Source: Clostridia bacterium (GTDB lineage Bacteria > Bacillota > Clostridia > Christensenellales > CAG-138). From it: 64,000 nt of DNA. The notes below the pieces were generated by a model. It did not search any database, was not told where the DNA came from, and was given only the letters and a program-made list of their open reading frames with translations. Shown in pieces: positions 57,294 to 64,000 of this stretch. The translations under genes were made by a program, and so were the position numbers. Every line of letters starts with the position of its first letter. Within the stretch, counting starts at the first letter, position 1. The DNA is taken from assembly GCA_036677445.1 (NCBI GenBank), contig JAVBWI010000019.1, positions 1,535 to 65,534 of the forward strand, given 5' to 3'.

Positions 57294-60200
57294 ATGAGGT
57301 ATTCATCACCCCTAAAGCGCATGGCATACATAACGCTTGCATTCCTGATGCTGCTGTCCCTGTTCCCCCATAAGGCAAAAGCTGCCGCCACTACCCTCGG
57401 GAGCAAACCGGTAGGCTCCATTGTCAAAATCAAGGAAGATGGCGTTTATCAAAATTACATCGTCATTCAGTCATATTATGAAGATAACCCCGGAACGCTT
57501 CTCATGAGGCAGAAAGGTACTGCCGGCAATGAAAATGGTTGGGGCTTCAACAGCCTTGCCGCAGGTCCTTACTTCGGGAGTTCACTGGATCAATGGCTCA
57601 CAACCTACTACAGAAATAAATTGGAAAGCGGTATTCTTTCCAAGCTGCAGCCAATAAACATGCACTGTGATCAGCAATACGCAACACGAGATATATTTAC
57701 TTTTTCTATCACGGAGCTTGGCTTATCACATTCAAATTACCGAAGCAATGGCTCCCACATACCTTACTTCAACGTCAACACAAGAATAATGGGAAGCGAT
57801 TACGGAAGCCCTGCACCGTACCTTACCCGTTCAGCAAATCGATATGATGAAATGTACAGCGCAAAGATAACGACTAGTGGGACTATAATTGAAAACTACA
57901 AAATCGTCTTTGGATATTTTATGTTCCCCTTGTTCGTCCTTCCGGATGATATGCTGGTCGCAGATACCGGAGAAATTCTTGTGAACACGCCTCCCACCGC
58001 TCCCGAATCGATCACGGCAATGCACAGCGGAAACAATATCAATGTCAGCTGGACAATCTCCACAGACGCGGATGGAAATCTTACGGGGTACATCCTGGAG
58101 CGAAGCGTAAACGGAGAATCATGGAGTGTTGTCAAAGACACTGCCTTCACTACATATGAAGACACTCTTGCCGAAGGCTGGCCCTCCGCCGTATACCGTG
58201 TGAAGGCATATGACAGTGACGGGCTGGAATCGGAATATACGGTCAGCGATGTTCTACCGTTGCCTTACATCACCGGAATTGACGTTCCGGCAACCATGCC
58301 GTATACGGGCGGGGATGCCACAATAACCGTTTCCGGCGTTAACCTGTATGACGGTATCACGATCAAGGTTTTCGACGGAATAGTGGAAGTACTAAGCGGC
58401 AGCACCACAGGCAACGGTACCGAGCAGGCCGTCACACTTCTGTTTCCAGCAAACACAAGTTTTACAACAGACAAAACCTATACGGTAAAAGCGTCTCTGG
58501 ACGAGGGAGCGACTTGGAGCAACTTCACAAAAACCGTGGTGGTGGAGCGAAATCTTTCACCCCTCATTTCAAATGTAACAGTGTCTCCTGTCAGCCTCGA
58601 TCACAACGGAGGTACAGTCAACATAACTGTCATAGGGTTCAATCTGTCGGACGGGATGCTTGTGGAGGCATACGCCGGTGAGGATACAATTGAGGGTCCC
58701 ACGACCGGTGATGATATGACGCAAGCCGCCAGCCTGGAGTTGCCTCCGAGCCAGGTTTACGTGGATGCAACGGTTTATGGCGTGCGCGCTTCGTTGGATG
58801 ACGGCGAAAACTGGTTTATTTCGCCTATGGAAGTAGCCGTCTCCCCGCAGGTTCTACCTGCGCCCATGATAACTCGGAACCTGGATACGGATATGGCGCT
58901 GGTGGAAAAGGATACTCTGGAATTGACCATACAGGCGAGCGCGGAAGCAGGCGCGCTTTCGTATCAGTGGTATAAAGACGGGGTGCCAATTCCAGAAGAA
59001 AAGGCGGATACGCTTACGATACCGGATATCGCGCTCACGGACGCTGGCGAGTATTCCTGCACCGTCACAACCACGATACAGGGCAAGACAGCCAGCGCCA
59101 CAAGCCGCGTATGCAGTGTTTCTGTCCAAAAGCAGGCGGATTTACCTACGATACTTGAGAATCTGCCAGAAGAGAAAACGGTTATAGAGTGGCACGAGCT
59201 CTCCCTGTCCGTTACGGCAAGCTGTGAAACCGGATCTTTGTCATATGAATGGTTCAAGGACGGCACATTGATTTCGGGAGAAACGGAAGCAGTATTGCTT
59301 ATCCCGGAAGCTGAACCGGAGGATACCGGAACCTATTTCTGCAAGATCACCAGCACTTATGGCCTGTCGCAGAAATCCGTAGATAGCATTTCCTGCGATG
59401 TGGCTGTTCAAGAAAACATTCCGGTATTTGAAAACGACTTGCCGGATAAGCAAGCTGTTATCGAGGCGCATACATTTGCGTTGTCGGTATCCACCTCCAG
59501 TCCTGCCGGAGAGATATCCTATCAATGGTACAAGGATAATTTGCCGTTGACAGGAGAAACATCTCCGGAGCTGTGCATCCCTTCCGTTGTAACGGAGGAT
59601 GCAGGTGAATTCTTCTGCCGTGCTACGGCTACATATGAGACATATCAGCGGTCGGCAGATAGTAACACCTGCACGGTCAGCGTCGAAGGGAATTTGCCCG
59701 AGTTAGTTGATGATCTTCCTTCTGAAATGACGCTCATTGAAACGCAGGACCTTACGCTATCGGTAACGGCAAACAGCCCGGACGGGGGACTTTCCTATGC
59801 CTGGTATAAGGATGATGCTTTACTCCCCAGAGAAATCGAGCCAACATTGCACATATCCTCCGTCACGATGGCCCATGCGGGCCTTTACTTTTGCCGGATC
59901 GTCAATACTTACGGGGAAATGCAATGGGCGGTAGACAGCACGGTCTGCTCCGTCAGCATTCAGGAAGGACCCGCCACACCCGTGATCGAGCAGGATTTGG
60001 AAGACAACGTTACTGTAACTTCAGGCAGCGGTTTATCCCTTGCCGCAAGCGCATCCAGCGCAAACGGCACGCTTTCCTGCCAATGGTATAAAGACGATGC
60101 CGCTTTGCCGGACGCGACCAATAGCTCGTTGTTCATTGAGTCCGTCATCTCTGACGATGCTGGCGAGTATTATTGCATCTTTACCAACACCATAGGGGAG

Positions 60201-60782
60201 GTGACGGCATCCGCTCGCACGCGCACCTGCCTTGTCGTATATGATGACCCGGAACCTGATCCGAGTCCGACGCCGGATCCAGAACCCTCGCCAGAACCTA
60301 GCCCCAGCCCGTCGCTGGAGCCTGATCCCAGCCCGTCACCGGATCCCACTCCAACGTCGGAACCCACCCCAACGTCAGAACCCAGTTCAAGTCCGTCGCC
60401 AGAGCCTAGTCATAGGCCGTCACGAACGCATCGGCCCAAAACTACGCCAAGCCCAACGCCCAGCTCTACCCCCAGCCCAACGCCGAAGGCGAGTCTCCGC
60501 CCAACGTTGAGGCCCAGGGTGAGCGCGACACTGTCTCCCAGCCCGATCGTGAGTCCCAGCCCATCCCCTGACCCCGGCCCCAGCCTAACGCTCAATCCGG
60601 AACCGGAACCTATTCCTACCGTCTCGCCAACACCATCCACTCCCATCGCGACTGAAGCAGACTTGCCCGATCCCGAACCTTTCAAGCAAGACGGTACTGC
60701 CATTCTTGTTGGAATCGGTATCGTGGTCATTCTTATATTGGCCGTGGCTATCTATTTGCATCAGAGGCGAAAAAGGGTGTAA
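57294..60782 (+). CDS. Large membrane-anchored surface protein: N-terminal domain, FN3, two Ig/TIG-like modules, five I-set-like Ig repeats, Pro/Ser/Thr linker, C-terminal TM anchor
   Basis: Signal peptide MRYSSPLKRMAYITLAFLMLLSLFPHKAKA. An FN3-like region (PPTAPESI...YRVKAYDSDGLES). Five ~90-aa repeats with W(Y/F)KD and D.G.Y.C motifs. A PEPDPSPTPDPEPSPEPSPSPS... linker. The C-terminus GTAILVGIGIVVILILAVAIYLHQRRKRV has no LPXTG. AGGAGG precedes ATG 57294. Confidence 0.85.
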   Translation: MRYSSPLKRMAYITLAFLMLLSLFPHKAKAAATTLGSKPVGSIVKIKEDGVYQNYIVIQSYYEDNPGTLLMRQKGTAGNENGWGFNSLAAGPYFGSSLDQWLTTYYRNKLESGILSKLQPINMHCDQQYATRDIFTFSITELGLSHSNYRSNGSHIPYFNVNTRIMGSDYGSPAPYLTRSANRYDEMYSAKITTSGTIIENYKIVFGYFMFPLFVLPDDMLVADTGEILVNTPPTAPESITAMHSGNNINVSWTISTDADGNLTGYILERSVNGESWSVVKDTAFTTYEDTLAEGWPSAVYRVKAYDSDGLESEYTVSDVLPLPYITGIDVPATMPYTGGDATITVSGVNLYDGITIKVFDGIVEVLSGSTTGNGTEQAVTLLFPANTSFTTDKTYTVKASLDEGATWSNFTKTVVVERNLSPLISNVTVSPVSLDHNGGTVNITVIGFNLSDGMLVEAYAGEDTIEGPTTGDDMTQAASLELPPSQVYVDATVYGVRASLDDGENWFISPMEVAVSPQVLPAPMITRNLDTDMALVEKDTLELTIQASAEAGALSYQWYKDGVPIPEEKADTLTIPDIALTDAGEYSCTVTTTIQGKTASATSRVCSVSVQKQADLPTILENLPEEKTVIEWHELSLSVTASCETGSLSYEWFKDGTLISGETEAVLLIPEAEPEDTGTYFCKITSTYGLSQKSVDSISCDVAVQENIPVFENDLPDKQAVIEAHTFALSVSTSSPAGEISYQWYKDNLPLTGETSPELCIPSVVTEDAGEFFCRATATYETYQRSADSNTCTVSVEGNLPELVDDLPSEMTLIETQDLTLSVTANSPDGGLSYAWYKDDALLPREIEPTLHISSVTMAHAGLYFCRIVNTYGEMQWAVDSTVCSVSIQEGPATPVIEQDLEDNVTVTSGSGLSLAASASSANGTLSCQWYKDDAALPDATNSSLFIESVISDDAGEYYCIFTNTIGEVTASARTRTCLVVYDDPEPDPSPTPDPEPSPEPSPSPSLEPDPSPSPDPTPTSEPTPTSEPSSSPSPEPSHRPSRTHRPKTTPSPTPSSTPSPTPKASLRPTLRPRVSATLSPSPIVSPSPSPDPGPSLTLNPEPEPIPTVSPTPSTPIATEADLPDPEPFKQDGTAILVGIGIVVILILAVAIYLHQRRKRV
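58848..60240 (+). repeat. Five tandem ~270-bp coding repeats (Ig-like modules) inside the surface protein gene
   Basis: Repeated protein pattern: L.L.V.A......LSY.WYKD......E...L.I......DAG.Y.C..T.......S......V.V. Confidence 0.8.
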
Positions 60783-61040
60783 CTTTGTGACCAAATGAGG
60801 ATGTGCTCGATTGGAGATAAAGGCAATATCAAGAAAAACGTTGACGCCCCCGGAGGGATACTTTCTGGTATCCCTTCGGGGCAAGGGCAAGGATGATATC
60901 TATCAGCCCCAAAAGAACATTGCGAAAAGCACTTTGTCTGCAGCGCTTGCGCGTATTTGCATGATTTCCCGTAGGTTAGGTGATTATCTTAGAATTTTAT
61001 CAGAACAGCTATCCCACGGGATGTCGAAAGAATGCATATA

Positions 61041-61208
61041 TGGTATAATATTGGAAATCCGATAGATTTCGATATAGCTATGTTTGCATTAGCTATAATG
61101 CAAAGCTTAGTGAAGTACCGGTAGTAGCAATATAATCGGAACCTCGGCGAAGATTGTAGCAAAAATGCGAAGCTCGTTCTTGAATTGTAAAATTAATATT
61201 CTTATACT
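61041..61208 (+). promoter_or_regulatory. Candidate promoters and palindromic leader upstream of the nuclease-helicase pair
   Basis: An extended -10 TGgTATAAT at 61041-61049. A second candidate TTGAAT-17 nt-TATACT at 61180-61208. Overlapping inverted repeats ATAGCTA/TAGCTAT (61074-61096) and TTTGCATTA-gcta-TAATGCAAA (61083-61104). Confidence 0.4.
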
Positions 61209-61217
61209 TTTGGGTGT

Positions 61218-62039
61218 ATGGAGATATTTAATATGAATCCGCCTAAGTACATCGACTGGTTTGTAGAGGAAAGCACCGTCACTTTAGAAGATGGCATTCC
61301 TATCTCATGCTACCGCCTAGACTATACAGTGGATGATGCTATTTATTGTGAATGGGCGTTGCATCTTCGCCAACACTATGAATCTGATGCTGAAATAGAA
61401 GAGTCCCTTGCGGTAACGGGGATGTCTGTTGAGCAATATTTGCGAACCCGTGTCATACCACAAAAAGATGATCCTTTCGGGCCAACATCTCGTTCAAATG
61501 ATTTTACTGAAATTATGGTTTCCGACCTACTGGAGTTCATACAGGGTTATACCGTGCCTCGTTGTAAACAACGGAATCGGTCAGGTAAGACTCAAAGTGA
61601 GCATGGCACTGACATTCTCGCATATAAGTATGCAAAAGCCACCAAGAAACCTGATAGTGAAGATGAATTGTTAGCGGTTGAGGTAAAGGCAGGCTTATCC
61701 TCCGATAAATACGATCCGATAAGTAATGCTGTTACCGATTCCCATGCTTATGATGAGGTCAGGCATGCACTTACATTGAATTACTACCGTAAAAAACTAC
61801 GCAACATAAATAATGAACAGGCGAATGAAATTGCTCGTTTCCAACAAAAGTCCGAACATGATTATCTTATTACCTATATAGCCGCAGCAATTATCAGCCG
61901 TGATCATATAGCTGATGATATTGTGTTGGGCATTAGGGGTGACGAACTGGAATTACGCCAAGATAATAGAGTTTTTCTAGTTCATGGGAAAAAGCTAATG
62001 GCTTTGGCGCATGACATATTTGAGAGGTGTATAAAATGA
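61218..62039 (+). CDS. hamA: PD-(D/E)xK-type putative nuclease, HamA (DUF1837)-like by motif and gene context
   Basis: 273 aa. It carries GTD(132)ILAY...23 aa...LLAVE(155)VK(157)AG, a D...ExK arrangement. Its stop overlaps the start of a DEAH helicase (ATGA at 62036-62039). An alternative start is ATG 61233, preceded by GGAG. The family name was not verified by an HMM. Confidence 0.7.
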   Translation: MEIFNMNPPKYIDWFVEESTVTLEDGIPISCYRLDYTVDDAIYCEWALHLRQHYESDAEIEESLAVTGMSVEQYLRTRVIPQKDDPFGPTSRSNDFTEIMVSDLLEFIQGYTVPRCKQRNRSGKTQSEHGTDILAYKYAKATKKPDSEDELLAVEVKAGLSSDKYDPISNAVTDSHAYDEVRHALTLNYYRKKLRNINNEQANEIARFQQKSEHDYLITYIAAAIISRDHIADDIVLGIRGDELELRQDNRVFLVHGKKLMALAHDIFERCIK

Positions 62040-64000
62040 TTTTTAATAGACGATCAAATTACATGCTCAAATACGAAAAATCAAAGTCAAAACTGGTTGA
62101 ATTTGATGTCGCGGAAGAAAACTACCCAAGTTATCCCCTGAATTCCGATGATCTAACTTACACAACCATTTTTGCCCTATCACGCTTTTGCGAAGAGAAC
62201 ATAGAAAATCCGCGTTCACCACAGCTACCAGAATTAAAATCAGAATTAGCAATTGTTTCACAGTATTATGATTCAACAGTAAAAACCCGACTTCGTCAGA
62301 ATCATAGCAGGTTGTTTTTATTATTAGGTTCAACCGCCTATTTTCTATCTGAAAATTTCGGAAGTGCTAAAGTTCTTATTGAGCAGATTGATATTCAGGA
62401 ACCCCATGATAGTATTATGACATTGTTACACGTTACATTGCTATTTTTACTTACAGGGAAATGGGTAGAAGTTCCCGCGGAAAGGAAATATTATCGTCAA
62501 TATGTGGATGGATTAGTAAGCCATTTTACGGAAGGTACTTCTGCTGAAATTGTTTTTGATGCTCTATGCAAAATGCGTGATAGAGTGCATCAGTCCACTG
62601 ATGTATTTGCCATCAGCTACATAGACTTTCTCTTTTCCGTGATAATCTGCGCGATAGACCATTCTGCTTGGATTCTATTACCGCAGTATTCAAATACAGA
62701 TCCTGAACAATGGAAAGACTATTTGTCCAAGTCAGGTAGCATTAAACTTTTATGGCCTGCTCAAAAAGTTATTCTACAAGCTGGTGCCCTCACCGGAAAC
62801 GACCTAGTTGTCCCCCTACCTACCGGGGTAGGGAAAACAAAAAGTATTGAAATTCTCTTGCGCACAAAATTCATGAAGCAAGGAACTTGTATAGCGATTA
62901 TTATTGCCCCGTTACGGGCATTGTGCAATGAAATCGCAACGGACTTAATGTCCGCTTTAGCAGGCGAAGCTATTATAAATCAATTTACCGATACTACGCA
63001 GGAAGATTTTGATCTTAAACTTCTCTTCAACACGAAGTATGTGTTCGTTTGTACCCCGGAAAAGTTTTCCTATATTTTTCGTCATGAGCCTAGCTTTCTC
63101 ACAGATATTCAGCTTTTTATATTTGATGAGGCACATCTATTTGATGATGCTTCAAGAGGCGCACAATATGAGCTTCTGGTATCCGAAATAGCCAGAAGCC
63201 GGAATGAATCTGCGCAAATGGTGTTGTTTTCAGCCGTTCTTTGTAATGCCCGCCAAATAAGCGGATGGCTGTTCAATGATGAAGAAGCAACAATTGACTA
63301 TTCATTAGTAACATCAACCGAAAAGTCGATAGGCTTCCTTTCTTCTGATCAAACCATACATTACTATGAAAAAGACGATATGGCAGAAGAAAGTTTCTAC
63401 GTCCCCCAAAGTATAACTTTTCAGGAGCTTAAACTCCATGGGAAAGAAACAAAGCAGCGGTTTTTCCCAGAGATAGATGCGCAAGATATAGCCATATATT
63501 TTGCAATTAAATTATGCAACCAAGGGGGTGTGGCAATTTACGCAGGCCAGGTACGCAGCATCCCCCCAATCATGCGTCGCATTGTTGAGATTAGCGAGCG
63601 CGGTTATGATTTTTCAAATTTGCATAGAACAGTCAATTTCAGTGAAGCTATTAAGCTGTCAAATATGTTCGCGCTGCACTATGGAAAAGACTATGGACTA
63701 ACGCAAGCCGCCAGATTAGGTGCATTTCCGCACTATGCGGATTTGCCTAATGGGATCAAAATGGCAATTGAACATGCACTGCGTAAAAGGCATGTTTCCT
63801 TTATCGTTTGTACAACAACCCTAGCAGAGGGCGTAAACATTCCAATAAAATACCTGTTCCTCACCACTTTCAGTCTTGGCACCACAAGTGTTCAAATACG
63901 TAAAATGCAGAACATGGTGGGAAGAACAGCAAGGTCAGGTATCCACACAGAAGGTAGCGCCATAATCACTGATTTCAAATTCTACGATAATCGCTTGAAT
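62036..64000 (+). CDS. hamB: SF2 DEAH-box helicase with ~260-aa N-terminal accessory region, HamB-like; 3' end outside the window
   Basis: The open frame runs from ATG 62036 to the window end (655 codons, no stop, hence absent from the ORF track). Motifs: LWPAQ, PLPTGVGKT (~62818-62844), FDEAHLF (63122-63142), FSAV, TTTLAEGVNIP and QNMVGRTARSG (63908-63940). Confidence 0.85.
   Translation, partial: MIFNRRSNYMLKYEKSKSKLVEFDVAEENYPSYPLNSDDLTYTTIFALSRFCEENIENPRSPQLPELKSELAIVSQYYDSTVKTRLRQNHSRLFLLLGSTAYFLSENFGSAKVLIEQIDIQEPHDSIMTLLHVTLLFLLTGKWVEVPAERKYYRQYVDGLVSHFTEGTSAEIVFDALCKMRDRVHQSTDVFAISYIDFLFSVIICAIDHSAWILLPQYSNTDPEQWKDYLSKSGSIKLLWPAQKVILQAGALTGNDLVVPLPTGVGKTKSIEILLRTKFMKQGTCIAIIIAPLRALCNEIATDLMSALAGEAIINQFTDTTQEDFDLKLLFNTKYVFVCTPEKFSYIFRHEPSFLTDIQLFIFDEAHLFDDASRGAQYELLVSEIARSRNESAQMVLFSAVLCNARQISGWLFNDEEATIDYSLVTSTEKSIGFLSSDQTIHYYEKDDMAEESFYVPQSITFQELKLHGKETKQRFFPEIDAQDIAIYFAIKLCNQGGVAIYAGQVRSIPPIMRRIVEISERGYDFSNLHRTVNFSEAIKLSNMFALHYGKDYGLTQAARLGAFPHYADLPNGIKMAIEHALRKRHVSFIVCTTTLAEGVNIPIKYLFLTTFSLGTTSVQIRKMQNMVGRTARSGIHTEGSAIITDFKFYDNRLN

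Larger units (their letters stand above)
54304..64000. mobile_element. tRNA-Arg-associated genomic island (probable end of an integrative/conjugative element); the far end lies outside the window
   Basis: Composition shifts abruptly to lower GC exactly at the tRNA 3' end. The content is a ParA/ParB-like/Cys-rich VLP-type module, a giant surface protein and a defence-type nuclease+helicase pair. No integrase or second att repeat is visible in the window. Confidence 0.6.

Noticed and set aside
60240-60660. Highly repetitive CCn/GAn-rich DNA (PEPSPSP-type), considered as a microsatellite or non-coding repeat
   Set aside because: It is in frame inside the surface-protein CDS and encodes a Pro/Ser/Thr/Glu stalk linking the Ig repeats to the TM anchor. 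The antisense ORFs 60170-60367 and 60410-60730 are shadows.
60811-61065. 84-aa + strand ORF between the adhesin gene and the nuclease-like gene
   Set aside because: It has a non-ATG start with no RBS, spans a hairpin (GGGATAC-tttctg-GTATCCC) and a likely promoter, and has no motif. It is treated as intergenic.
62067-62333. 88-aa minus-strand ORF, plus small + strand ORFs at 63009-63191 and 63501-63701
   Set aside because: All lie inside the long helicase frame (62036 to the window end), whose SF2 motifs are unambiguous. These alternative frames are AT-rich chance ORFs.

Overview
The first ~54 kb are the core chromosome of a high-GC Firmicutes/Clostridia-type organism; the last ~10 kb are a lower-GC island attached to a tRNA gene. 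The taxon call rests on a gerW/ytfJ sporulation gene, a Na+-pumping decarboxylase operon and ATGA-coupled operons.

Core genes on the + strand, in order:
- pdp (5'-truncated), a GT4 glycosyltransferase, polA, coaE, an SLT transglycosylase, a family-5 ABC binding lipoprotein, lspA and rluD.
- A PyrR-type attenuator followed by pyrR and pyrP.
- An ArsR/SmtB repressor with a P1B heavy-metal ATPase.
- An FHA protein, a RodA/FtsW-family protein and a PBP2.
- ytfI-like and gerW genes, a DD-carboxypeptidase and rluB.
- oadG, a biotin carrier, oadB and an oadA-type carboxyltransferase.
- pgsA, yceD, rpmF, plsX, acpP, rnc, smc and ftsY.

A minus-strand block then carries a coiled-coil protein, coaD, rsmD, malQ, two sugar ABC permeases, a binding protein and a LacI regulator. 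The + strand resumes with an amidohydrolase, alr and nnr, then a minus-strand PLP enzyme. After that come a lipoprotein, padR, a DUF2812 gene with an in-frame stop, a motif-degenerate DD-carboxypeptidase paralog, an M50 protease, scpA and scpB.

At ~53.96-54.30 kb an intact tRNA-Arg(CCG) is preceded by three decayed or truncated copies of itself. It marks the boundary to a visibly lower-GC island that runs from 54.3 kb to the window end. The island carries ParA, a ParB-like protein, a Cys-rich VLP-type protein (an ICE-style module) and a 1162-aa membrane-anchored protein with five Ig-like repeats. At the AT-richest end sits a translationally coupled pair: a PD-(D/E)xK-type small protein and a large DEAH helicase. 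The helicase ORF runs off the window and is missing from the ORF track. This matches the Hachiman (HamA/HamB) anti-phage layout and is the strongest candidate system here.

A second notable signal is a ~195-bp multi-hairpin element present twice (43.7 kb and 48.5 kb). Each copy is bracketed by a duplicated copy of the local terminator hairpin.

All calls come from reading the sequence and the ORF translations. No database searches were run.
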